DNA of 53,873 nt, from contig CAYMZN010000005.1 in the NCBI GenBank assembly GCA_964394935.1, positions 1 to 53,873 of the forward strand, in the 5' to 3' direction. The translations under genes were made by a program, and so were the position numbers. This stretch comes from an uncultured Candidatus Bathyarchaeia archaeon. GTDB lineage: Archaea; Thermoproteota; Bathyarchaeia; 40CM-2-53-6. Under the pieces are notes generated by a model. It did no database searches, had not been told where the DNA came from, and saw nothing but the letters and a program-made list of their open reading frames with translations. Within the stretch, counting starts at the first letter, position 1. Each line of letters starts with the position of its first letter. Below are positions 28,721 through 37,527 of this stretch, one piece after another.

Positions 28721-29794
28721 TTGGTAAGTGAGACAATAGAACGGAAAACAAGTCACATCACAACTGCACTTCACCGGGACGTCCAAGCGCATGTGCCTAC
28801 GGGATTCGACGACGTATCTCTAGTACACAACGCGCTACCTGAGCTTGACCGTGAAGACATCGACGTTACGACTGAGTTGTTCGGCCACAAGCTTACTGCG
28901 CCAGTAATGATAGACTCGATGACTGGGGGGACCCCGATTGCCGCCAAGATCAATGCAGCGCTCGGCAAGGTAGCGGAAGAGCTTCAGATCCCAATGGGGT
29001 TGGGCAGCCAAAGGGCTGCAGTCGATGACCCGAAACTCGCCTATACGTTTCAAGCGGCCAGAGAGAATGCGCCCTCCGCTCAGATCTTTGCGAACATAGG
29101 CTGCCCGCAGATTCTAAAGGAAGACGGAATCCATCGCGCGAAGGTTGCGGTTGATATGATCAAGGCTGACGGACTGTTCGTTCACTTGAATGCTCTTCAA
29201 GAATCAGTCCAATTTGAAGGGCAGACTCGCTTCAAGGGAGCGCTCGCAAGAATTCGAGAACTCGCATCCACGCTTAGTGTTCCTGTTCTGGTGAAGGAGA
29301 CTGGCGCCGGGATCTCTCGGGAGACAGCTATCTCGGTTGAGCGAGCAGGCGTGAAGGGCATCAATGTCGGTGGTCTCGGAGGAACAAGCTGGGCCGCCGT
29401 GGAGTATCACCGCTCAAGAGAGAAGAAGCGCTCGCGGCAAGCCCGCCTTGGCATGTCATTCTGGGACTGGGGTATTCCAACCGCTGCCACTATCGTAGAA
29501 GTCGCCAGGTCAACGAGGGTGAAAATCCTTGCCTCGGGAGGCGTACGGAATGGTCTTCACGTCGCAAAGACGATCGCACTCGGCGCGCACTGCGCAGGGC
29601 TAGCATTGCCGCTTCTGAAGTCCGTGATGAAGAGCGGCGGAGCCGCCAAAGCGGATCTATTGACAGTCATCGAGGAGTTGCGAACGGCGATGTTCCTTAC
29701 GGGTTGCAGGAATCTCGATCAATTGCACAAAGGCCCGGTCGTGATCACTGGAAGAACACGAGAATGGCTGGTGTCTAGGGGACTACTGCCCTAA
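28721..29794 (+). CDS. fni: Type 2 isopentenyl-diphosphate delta-isomerase
   Basis: RK..HI, MTGG, GSQR, NIG, HLNALQE, VKETGAG, GGTSW, WGIPT, SGGVR. Confidence 0.95.
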   Translation: MVSETIERKTSHITTALHRDVQAHVPTGFDDVSLVHNALPELDREDIDVTTELFGHKLTAPVMIDSMTGGTPIAAKINAALGKVAEELQIPMGLGSQRAAVDDPKLAYTFQAARENAPSAQIFANIGCPQILKEDGIHRAKVAVDMIKADGLFVHLNALQESVQFEGQTRFKGALARIRELASTLSVPVLVKETGAGISRETAISVERAGVKGINVGGLGGTSWAAVEYHRSREKKRSRQARLGMSFWDWGIPTAATIVEVARSTRVKILASGGVRNGLHVAKTIALGAHCAGLALPLLKSVMKSGGAAKADLLTVIEELRTAMFLTGCRNLDQLHKGPVVITGRTREWLVSRGLLP

Positions 29795-29844
29795 GCTGAC
29801 TTGGCGTGCGATGTTGCTCCGGAGAAATCGGGTCGCGCAGTTCG

Positions 29845-30018
29845 TTATGCGGCTGCTTCTTTCGGCGGCTCGAGGGGTTTTCGATAAAGGATCCGATATT
29901 CGCATCTCTCGCAGTCTAGTTGGTCGAGAACTGCGTTGAAGAGCGCGCACCACTCCCATACATCGTCGCCAATGCGGAGATTGGTCCGTTGGATGCATGG
30001 GTAGGTCTTCTTCACCAT
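29845..30018 (-). CDS. Small 57-aa four-Cys protein (absent from the ORF track)
   Basis: ATG 30018 to TAA 29845 reads MVKKTYPCIQRTNLRIGDDVWEWCALFNAVLDQLDCERCEYRILYRKPLEPPKEAAA. A TTTATC box lies about 28-33 nt upstream. Confidence 0.55.
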   Translation of the reverse strand: MVKKTYPCIQRTNLRIGDDVWEWCALFNAVLDQLDCERCEYRILYRKPLEPPKEAAA

Positions 30019-30115
30019 GGGTTGCGGTATATGCTAACAGTTTAGGATAAAGCTAGGCCTCTGGTTTGATATAGGGTGGGAACGCATTAGCCCGCCTTCA
30101 CGCCTGTGTGAGGGG

Positions 30116-31390
30116 ATGCGCTTGGCTTCTTCCGAGTTTGCCGGTTTCTACAAGATAAGCCCCGAGGAGCGGCTGCGCTTCGTCCGCGACTTTGCTCATC
30201 TGGACGAGGCGGAGCTGGAGATTCTCCGAAAGTCGAGCGCGCTAAAGATCGACGATGCCAACCGAATGATCGAAAACGTCGTCGGCGTCATGCCTGTGCC
30301 TCTAGGAATTGCGGTGAACTTCCTGATCAACGGCAAGGATCGCCTGATACCCATGGCCATCGAGGAGCCCTCAGTGGTCGCAGGTGCAAGTAACGCAGCC
30401 AAGATGGCCCGCTCGCGTGGAGGCTTTTGGACATCTAGCACGCGGCCTGTTATGATCGGGCAAATACAAGTCGTGGGCTGCACGGATCCAAACCAAGCGC
30501 GTACGGCAATTCTAGCATCCGCGAACGAGATTCTCGCAAAGGCGAACGAACAGGATCCCGTGTTGGTCTCGAAAGGTGGCGGAGCCATCGGCTTGGAGGC
30601 CAGGGTTATCCAAACCTTTCTGGGCCCTATGGTGATTGCGGAGCTCTTAGTCGATTGCGGAGACGCAATGGGTGCCAACGCGGTTAACACAATGGCTGAG
30701 GCCGTTGCGCCGCTGATCGAAAGAATCGCTGGCGGTCGAGTTCACTTGAGGATCGTCTCAAACCTTGCGGACAGGAGGCTGGCACGCGCTCGCGTGACCA
30801 TCGCGAAGGAAGCTGTCGGCGGCGCTGAAGTCGTGGACGGTATAATTAGCGCACATGCTTTCGCAGCCTCCGACCCATACCGCTGTGCAACGCACAACAA
30901 AGGCGTGATGAACGGTGTAACCGCAGTTGTCTTGGCGACGGGAAATGACACACGAGCGATCGAGGCTGGAGCACACGCCTATGCATCTAGATCTGGGCAT
31001 TACAGTCCGTTGACCAGTTGGGAGAAAGACGCCAGCGGCGATCTCGTTGGAGAAATTGAATTGCCGATGGCGGTAGGACTGATCGGGGGCGCAACGGCAG
31101 TCCATCCAGTAGCGAAGGTTGCGGTCAAGATTCTTGGAGTAAGATCCGCTCGCGAGCTAGCGGAGATGATAGCTGCCGTCGGTCTATGCCAGAACCTCGC
31201 CGCCCTTCGGGCGCTGGCCGCCGAGGGAATCCAACGAGGCCACATGAAGCTTCACGCGAGGAACGTGGCGGCCACGGCCGGAGCGACGAGCGATCTCATC
31301 GACAGAATAGCGGAGAAGATGGTTGAAGAAAGAAAGATCAGGATCGACAGGGCTAAAGAACTGTTGGCTGAGTACTCGAGAAGTCTCTAG
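30116..31390 (+). CDS. mvaA: HMG-CoA reductase, class II
   Basis: MIENVVG, PMAIEEPSVVA, DAMGANAVN, THNKG, GNDTRA.EAG.H, EGIQRGHMKLHARN. Confidence 0.93.
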   Translation: MRLASSEFAGFYKISPEERLRFVRDFAHLDEAELEILRKSSALKIDDANRMIENVVGVMPVPLGIAVNFLINGKDRLIPMAIEEPSVVAGASNAAKMARSRGGFWTSSTRPVMIGQIQVVGCTDPNQARTAILASANEILAKANEQDPVLVSKGGGAIGLEARVIQTFLGPMVIAELLVDCGDAMGANAVNTMAEAVAPLIERIAGGRVHLRIVSNLADRRLARARVTIAKEAVGGAEVVDGIISAHAFAASDPYRCATHNKGVMNGVTAVVLATGNDTRAIEAGAHAYASRSGHYSPLTSWEKDASGDLVGEIELPMAVGLIGGATAVHPVAKVAVKILGVRSARELAEMIAAVGLCQNLAALRALAAEGIQRGHMKLHARNVAATAGATSDLIDRIAEKMVEERKIRIDRAKELLAEYSRSL

Positions 31391-31728
31391 ATGATCCTTT
31401 CGATGAGCGCAATAGATTCCATATGTTTGATCTTCGGAACCGCGTCCTTCTCCATCCAATCCGAGACGCTATCATAGAGCTTCTGATAATACTTCTTCGT
31501 CGAATGTCTGACCAGGCCGAGGCGTTCCATCCTTCTGACATATCTCCACTTCATGCTTCTGGAGATCTTGTCGCCGAGAAGTCTGTCGAGATCCATCTTC
31601 TTGAAGATTTTCGGGAGGCGGACGAAGGCTCCAATAATCTCTCTGGGAAAGCTTGTGAGACTCTCCTTCGAGAGCTTACGTTTTCCTCTGGATTTGATGA
31701 AACGTATCCTTTCCGCAGCTCTCCTCAA
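31387..31728 (-). CDS. Hypothetical basic protein, possibly winged-helix
   Basis: K/R-rich; SRSMKWRYVRRMERLGLVRH resembles a wHTH recognition helix and wing. TTTTAAT box upstream. Confidence 0.45.
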   Translation of the reverse strand: MRRAAERIRFIKSRGKRKLSKESLTSFPREIIGAFVRLPKIFKKMDLDRLLGDKISRSMKWRYVRRMERLGLVRHSTKKYYQKLYDSVSDWMEKDAVPKIKHMESIALIERII

Positions 31729-31856
31729 AGCCGCTCATCTTCCCGCGGTTCCTGCTATTCGAAATCACCCATTAAAAGCATTGTTTGGCGCGTTCCGAGG
31801 ACCCTCTGATAAGCGAGGCGGGCGGCTATCTCAAGTTCCCGTTGGGCTAGTTCCCC

Positions 31857-32753
31857 CTAGTGGATTCCCGGTTGGCTGCGTTCGATCCTTCTGAAGACCA
31901 AGGGGACAATCAGGGCCACGGTTAACCCTTGGATCAATGAACTTGCGAAACTTGGCACTAGATAGCTTTCAGGGAGGATCAACCCTAATACTAAGACAGA
32001 GACACCGGTGACTACACCACCTATAGCAATGCGAAGGATCTTCTGAGCACCAGTTACGTCGGTCGTGAAACCCACGAATCGAGCTTCGGCTAGCGTACCG
32101 AGCCAGAAACCGAAAAGGTATCCTCCTATCCGGCCCGGGTTACCTTCGGCTATGACACCCAACACAGCAGCAACGGTCAGAGGAATCAGTATGGCGATGC
32201 CGAACAGCGATTCGAGCATCGGCGAGTTCTCTTTGGTTTGCGCTGGAAGGTACTGCATTAGGAACATTCCAATAACAGCAACCACTAGGCCGATTGTATA
32301 ACCACCGATAACTTGGGCCGGGTAATGTACGCCAAGATATATGCGTGATATTCCAACTGCTGCAACTATCGCAACCCCGAGAGCTGCCAGAGTCCATCTT
32401 CTCAAGTCTAGCGCGATCCAGGTCCAGAAAGTCGTTGAGTCTTGCACGTGGCCGCTCGGGAAGCCATACGATGTTTCGTTCTTCTCGATCATGCGAAGTT
32501 CGACTGGTGGTCGAGGCCAAGGTACGAGAATCTTCAGGAAGAAATTCAGGTACGCACCGAAGAATAGGACGTAAGTGACTATCCTACCGCGAGACTTGTC
32601 AGAGCACCAGTAGACGAGGGCACTTAGGCCAGCAAGAAACATGTCGTTACCCAGCAACGTGATTGCCACGAAAATCCAGTCAAACTCGTGGGCGAATAGG
32701 CTCTGAAGGATCTCGATCAATTGTGTCTCAAAGAGCAAATCCCCGAGCGGCAA
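31857..32753 (-). CDS. PAP2-family integral membrane phosphatase
   Basis: K.LVPWPRP, YGFPSGH, SRIYLGVHYP motifs and multiple TMs. Confidence 0.92.
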   Translation of the reverse strand: MPLGDLLFETQLIEILQSLFAHEFDWIFVAITLLGNDMFLAGLSALVYWCSDKSRGRIVTYVLFFGAYLNFFLKILVPWPRPPVELRMIEKNETSYGFPSGHVQDSTTFWTWIALDLRRWTLAALGVAIVAAVGISRIYLGVHYPAQVIGGYTIGLVVAVIGMFLMQYLPAQTKENSPMLESLFGIAILIPLTVAAVLGVIAEGNPGRIGGYLFGFWLGTLAEARFVGFTTDVTGAQKILRIAIGGVVTGVSVLVLGLILPESYLVPSFASSLIQGLTVALIVPLVFRRIERSQPGIH

Positions 32754-32859
32754 CTATTGTTCAACATCCAAGGCGAATGTCAAGCGTATTGAGCCTTTTC
32801 TTGAGCGAATGAATCCGAACCTAGACCGAGTTACGGGTCGTCTGTGAGAGTAGTGTAGA

Positions 32860-33726
32860 CTAGCCCACGGTGAATCCGCCGGCTATGAATGCGATAAGGC
32901 CTAGCAGCATCCAGGCCAAAGCTTGATTCTTCGATGTGAGAGCGTTTCCCGGAGAGGGGTCCTTGACGATCGAGTAGGCCGAGTACATGAACCCCAAATC
33001 GCAGATCAGAACGGTCGGCACATAGAGCCAGGAGACCATCCTAAGGGTAATAGGGATCGCGCTCAGAAGCACGGCTGCCACAAAAAAGAGCGCCCCGGTC
33101 CGCGACGCGATTTCGAGTCCTCTTGTCACTGCAAGCGTCCTCACACCTCGTTTGGAGTCGCCTGTGACATCAGCCATTCCTTTGATGACCTCCCGGCCCA
33201 TTCCGGCGAGAAACGCGAGCAGCGCGAATACGTACAACGTGGTAGTGATGCCGCCGATGGCTCCGCCGAAGATGAATGGTATCGCCAGGTTCGCACTCAC
33301 GACAGCGTTTCCCAACAAGCCTGTCCTCTTTCCAGACCTATTGTAGTAGAGCATGAGTCCTACCGCTGCGATCGCGATGAGAAAATTGAGAATGCTCAAC
33401 ATGAATGCAAGTAATAACCCAGCTAGGAGTGTGATTGCGGCAAAAGCCGCGGCCTGGTTCTTCGAGACGCGTCCTGAAGGGATGGGTCTGCTAGGGTTGT
33501 TTATCGCATCGATTTCCGCGTCGAGAATATCATTGACGGCCATCGACCCTGCGACTAGGATGAACCCTACAAGGAATCCGACAACAGCAGAATAGATCGG
33601 CATCGCAGCTCCCAGCGACATGAACACCCCAATGATGACCGCGAACCCCATCATGAAGCAGTTGGGAATCCTCGCAATCTCAACGAAACCAGAAGCCCTG
33701 CCACCCCCTGAGAGCGCTCCCGCCAT
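32860..33726 (-). CDS. Digeranylgeranylglyceryl phosphate synthase (UbiA family)
   Basis: RIPNC, NDILDAEIDAINNPSRPIPSG, YN...K.TGLLGN, REVIKGMADV.GD. It is divergent from GGGPS. Confidence 0.9.
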   Translation of the reverse strand: MAGALSGGGRASGFVEIARIPNCFMMGFAVIIGVFMSLGAAMPIYSAVVGFLVGFILVAGSMAVNDILDAEIDAINNPSRPIPSGRVSKNQAAAFAAITLLAGLLLAFMLSILNFLIAIAAVGLMLYYNRSGKRTGLLGNAVVSANLAIPFIFGGAIGGITTTLYVFALLAFLAGMGREVIKGMADVTGDSKRGVRTLAVTRGLEIASRTGALFFVAAVLLSAIPITLRMVSWLYVPTVLICDLGFMYSAYSIVKDPSPGNALTSKNQALAWMLLGLIAFIAGGFTVG

Positions 33727-33802
33727 GATGTTCCCCTAGTTGATGTCGATCTTCTCATTCTTGGAAGCGTATGCTAGTCTGCACACGTGTTGGCGGGGGC
33801 AC

Positions 33803-33810
33803 TTTTAATA
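33803..33810 (+). promoter_or_regulatory. Probable TATA box for GGGPS-DUF2070-egsA-gltX
   Basis: TTTTAATA 50 nt upstream of ATG 33860. Confidence 0.45.
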
Positions 33811-33859
33811 ACGATTCTCTGGTTCTGAGTGTACGATAGCTTCGCGAGGGCTGTCTCAC

Positions 33860-34609
33860 ATGGCCGGCAGGGTCGAGCAATATCTGGTCGAAAGCATCAG
33901 AAAGCAAGGCGCCATTCACCTCACTCTGCTCGATCCTGAGAAGGTGACTCGGTCCAACGCTGGGGCGCTGGCGAAGGCGGTAGATAGGAGCGGTTCCTCC
34001 GCCATCATGGTCGGAGGTTCAACATCTGTATCTGTCTATCATATCGACGAGGTCATCAGTGCAATAAAGAAGCGGACCAGGCTTCCAGTCATAATCTTCC
34101 CGAACGACATCGCCGGGATAAGCAAGGAGGCCGACGCAATCTTCTTCATGAGCCTCATGAACTCAATGAATCCCTACTACATAACACACGCCCAGGCCCT
34201 TGGCGCGCCTCTTGTGAAACGCTATGGTCTCGAACCGATCCCTATGGGATACGTCATCGTTGGCGATAGGGGAGCTGCAGCCGCATTCGTAGGCCAAGTC
34301 AACCCCATCCCATTCGACAAGCCACCTCTAGCTGTGATCTACGGGATGGCGGCCCAGTTCATGGGTAAGCGATTCTTCTACTTGGAGGCGGGTTCCGGCG
34401 TTGAAAGACCCATCTCTCCCGAGATGGTTGCCGCCGTAAGCAAGAACATTGAGATTCCGGTGGTCGTTGGTGGAGGCATCCGATCTCCCACCGTCGCCAG
34501 GCAGATTGTGAAGGCTGGCGCCCGGGTCGTCGTGACTGGGACATTGGTCGAGAAAGCGTCTCCCGAAGCGCTACGGCGAGTTGTGCGAAGCATCAAGAAA
34601 GCTGCTTGA
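33860..34609 (+). CDS. Geranylgeranylglyceryl phosphate synthase (group II)
   Basis: HLTLLDPEK, IMVGGS, ADAIFFMSLMNS, YLEAGSG, VGGGIRS, VTGT. Confidence 0.93.
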   Translation: MAGRVEQYLVESIRKQGAIHLTLLDPEKVTRSNAGALAKAVDRSGSSAIMVGGSTSVSVYHIDEVISAIKKRTRLPVIIFPNDIAGISKEADAIFFMSLMNSMNPYYITHAQALGAPLVKRYGLEPIPMGYVIVGDRGAAAAFVGQVNPIPFDKPPLAVIYGMAAQFMGKRFFYLEAGSGVERPISPEMVAAVSKNIEIPVVVGGGIRSPTVARQIVKAGARVVVTGTLVEKASPEALRRVVRSIKKAA

Positions 34610-34628
34610 TGGACACGGGGTACGCGGT

Positions 34629-36443
34629 GTGTCCGAGGACAACTATCTGCGTATCAAGAAGACTACGCCCTACTACAACATCGTCCGACGTGTCGCCTTT
34701 CCTTCGACAAATACGACACTCCTCTCGCTCTTCGGAGTGAATGTTCTCGGCTCTACGCTAGCATTCCTGATAGCAGATCCAACGGAAGGCGGACTCCTCC
34801 GCGGGCTCGTCGCCGGCCTCCTAGTATTCCTCGTTCCAACTCTTCTTTCCGATTTCTTTTCCTTCTATGCTACAGTCAGGCCGGATCCGCTCTTCTTTCC
34901 CAGACGTGTCCTCGCGTTGTCGCTCTTCGGTGGCCTCGTGTGGATCATCATAATGGTGATCGGGGCGGCAGTCAGCAGGATTCTCGGGAGCTTCCTGTTT
35001 CCGTTCCATGCTTTCTACTTGGGTCTCTTTGTTCTGTTGCCACTACGATCGATGGCCGTGTTCTCAATGTCAACTGTCAGCCTCACCAAGCGTGCGGTAT
35101 TTGCTGTCTCGGACCCTTCGGCGTCTTGCGTCGGGTTGGCGGCCGTGCTTGGCGCCCCGTTGACGGGTGTCGTTACAAGTCTCGCGTTGGCGGTCGCGGT
35201 ATCATTTGCCTTCTCGTTCGCATTCCTAACCTACATTGAACGACGAGGCATGCAGACACTTGGCGCGTCGCCCCTGAGGATCTTCAGGGCTTTCTTGAGA
35301 GACTGGCTCGACGGTAACTTCTCCACATTCGAGAATTATCTTGAGATCTTCGGCGTGGACAGTACGATCAACGTGAGCGTTCTGAGCTTCAGATCAAGGG
35401 CGTCGGGCAATGTGAAGGGGACTCTGATCGTGCCAAACTTTCACCCGGGGCCTTTTCTCAACATTGGAAGCAGTGCGCTACCCTACATGATCAAGCGCAT
35501 AGTTGAGTCAGCAACAGGAGGAGTAGCCGCAGTCGCGCATGGCATCTCGGGTCACGAACTCAATCTTGTAAGTCAGCATGAGAATGAGAAGGTCATCGGG
35601 AAGACCCTGTCACTGCTCAATCTTCCCGAGTCAGGTTCGGAGGTTAGTGCGATTGTACGCTCGACGGCAGGAAGCGCGACGGCGACTTGCCAAGTCTTCG
35701 GAGAATCAGCCCTCGTAACAATGACGGTCGCGCCGAATGACAGTGAGGACATAAGCCTTGAGGTTGGTGAGTTGCTTCGCAAGAGTGCTCAAGGGCTCTT
35801 CAAGGATGTTGCCCTCGTCGATGCGCACAATAGTCTGGGGAAGGTGACTCTAATGGGCCGTGACAAGCTCAACGATCTTGCGGAGTCAGCCAAACTGGCA
35901 ATAAAGGCAACTAAAGGCGTGGGGCCTCGTCCTCTCTCGCTCGGCGTTGCCCATGATCTGCCGGACGGAGTTTCGGTGAAGGAAGGGATGGGTCTTGGAG
36001 GGATTACTGTCTTTTGGATGAAAGTTGGAGACGAATCCTTCGCCTACGTCGTTGTTGACAGTAACAACATGGCAACGGGCCTAAGGGAAAGAATACTCGC
36101 TGCATTGAGTGAGATGGGCGCCACGGACGCTGAGGTCATGACTTCGGATACGCACATGGTCAACGGCATAGTTTCGGCAAAACTCGGATACTATCCCATC
36201 GGCGCAGCCACGGATCCAGAAGTCATAGTAGACTCAGTCAAAAGAGCTGCAGACAATGCGAAAAGAAGGATGGAGCCGGTGGAAGCCTCGATGAGTTGTT
36301 CTAATCTTGACGTAAGAACTCTTGGTCTATGGTCTCTGAGTCGGCTGACCGGCTTCGTTCTGAGGACCGCAAGGCTCACATTTGCGACGTTCTTTCCAGT
36401 AGTGCTTGTGATCGCGGCCATATCGTTCGTCTTCTTGATCTAG
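34629..36443 (+). CDS. DUF2070 family membrane protein
   Basis: About 6 N-terminal TMs plus a soluble domain with HPGPF..IGSS, HG..GHELNL, DAHN, DSNN, TSDTH, then a C-terminal TM. Confidence 0.85.
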   Translation: MSEDNYLRIKKTTPYYNIVRRVAFPSTNTTLLSLFGVNVLGSTLAFLIADPTEGGLLRGLVAGLLVFLVPTLLSDFFSFYATVRPDPLFFPRRVLALSLFGGLVWIIIMVIGAAVSRILGSFLFPFHAFYLGLFVLLPLRSMAVFSMSTVSLTKRAVFAVSDPSASCVGLAAVLGAPLTGVVTSLALAVAVSFAFSFAFLTYIERRGMQTLGASPLRIFRAFLRDWLDGNFSTFENYLEIFGVDSTINVSVLSFRSRASGNVKGTLIVPNFHPGPFLNIGSSALPYMIKRIVESATGGVAAVAHGISGHELNLVSQHENEKVIGKTLSLLNLPESGSEVSAIVRSTAGSATATCQVFGESALVTMTVAPNDSEDISLEVGELLRKSAQGLFKDVALVDAHNSLGKVTLMGRDKLNDLAESAKLAIKATKGVGPRPLSLGVAHDLPDGVSVKEGMGLGGITVFWMKVGDESFAYVVVDSNNMATGLRERILAALSEMGATDAEVMTSDTHMVNGIVSAKLGYYPIGAATDPEVIVDSVKRAADNAKRRMEPVEASMSCSNLDVRTLGLWSLSRLTGFVLRTARLTFATFFPVVLVIAAISFVFLI

Positions 36444-36454
36444 GTCGAATCCAA

Positions 36455-37513
36455 TTGCCCCAAGAGTTCCACTACATGCAGCTGCCACGAGAGGTTGCCG
36501 TAGGCAACGATGTGCTACGCCGAGTCGGTGAAACCTGTCGTCGGCTCGGCTTCTCGGGATCTGTGCTCATTGTGACGGACTCTAACGTCCAACCGATAGC
36601 GGCCATGCCTGTACGTGACTCTCTGAGCGGATCGGGATACAAGGTTCAGGAAGTGCTGGTGAAAGGCTCATCGATTCCGCAGGTCCGTGAGGTTGAGCGA
36701 GAAATAGAGAAGTTCAAGCCGAGTGCTGTAGTGGCGGTCGGCGGAGGAAAGGACATCGACATCGCAAAACTCAGCTCCGCCAACAAGGGCGTGCCCTTTC
36801 TGAGCATTCCGACAGCCGCTTCTCACGACGGAATCGCGAGTCCGGTCGTCTCGATGAGGGGGTACAGCAAGCCGTACTCTTTCATGGCGCAGGCGCCTAT
36901 CGCTATCATGGCTGACATCGGCGTCATAGTTCGCGCACCATTCCGGCTACTTGCAAGTGGTTGCGGCGACGTTGTGGGCAAGTATACGGCGGTCAGAGAC
37001 TGGAGGCTTGCGCACCGAATAAAGAACGAGTACTACGGCGACTACGCCGCCGACTTGGCGCTGATGAGCGCGAGGCTCGTAATGAGAAACGCACACGTTG
37101 TAAGAACCTTGAGCGAGACGGGCACCAGGACAGTCGTCGAGGCGCTGATCAGTTGCGGCGTCGCGATGAGCATCGCAGGCAGCAGCAGACCTTGTAGTGG
37201 CGCTGAGCATCTTTTCAGCCATGCCCTCGATGTGGCCGCACCTCACCCAGCGCTTCACGGAGAACAGGTCGGCGTCGGAACGATCATGTGCGCCTACCTC
37301 CATGGAGCGAACTGGCAACTCATCCGAGATGTCCTGCGAACGATCGGAGCACCGACGAACGCACGCCAGCTTGGGATAGAAAACAAGCATATTGTCAAAG
37401 CTCTAACCATTGCCCACAAGATAAGACCGGAAAGATACACCATCTTGGGCGAGAAGGGCCTCACACGTGAAGCGGCGGAGCGAGTTGCTCAAGTGACCGG
37501 CGTAATCGAGTAA
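36455..37513 (+). CDS. egsA: sn-Glycerol-1-phosphate dehydrogenase
   Basis: HYMQLPREV, VGGGKDIDIAK, PTAASHDGIASP, SRPCSGAEHLFSHALD, HGEQVG, RYTILG. Confidence 0.95.
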   Translation: MPQEFHYMQLPREVAVGNDVLRRVGETCRRLGFSGSVLIVTDSNVQPIAAMPVRDSLSGSGYKVQEVLVKGSSIPQVREVEREIEKFKPSAVVAVGGGKDIDIAKLSSANKGVPFLSIPTAASHDGIASPVVSMRGYSKPYSFMAQAPIAIMADIGVIVRAPFRLLASGCGDVVGKYTAVRDWRLAHRIKNEYYGDYAADLALMSARLVMRNAHVVRTLSETGTRTVVEALISCGVAMSIAGSSRPCSGAEHLFSHALDVAAPHPALHGEQVGVGTIMCAYLHGANWQLIRDVLRTIGAPTNARQLGIENKHIVKALTIAHKIRPERYTILGEKGLTREAAERVAQVTGVIE

Positions 37514-37527
37514 GCCTGGCGGCCAAA

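Noticed and set aside
19605-30690. Long antisense ORFs such as 19605-20291 and 30196-30690
   Set aside because: They are shadows of well-supported genes on the opposite strand and have no motifs.
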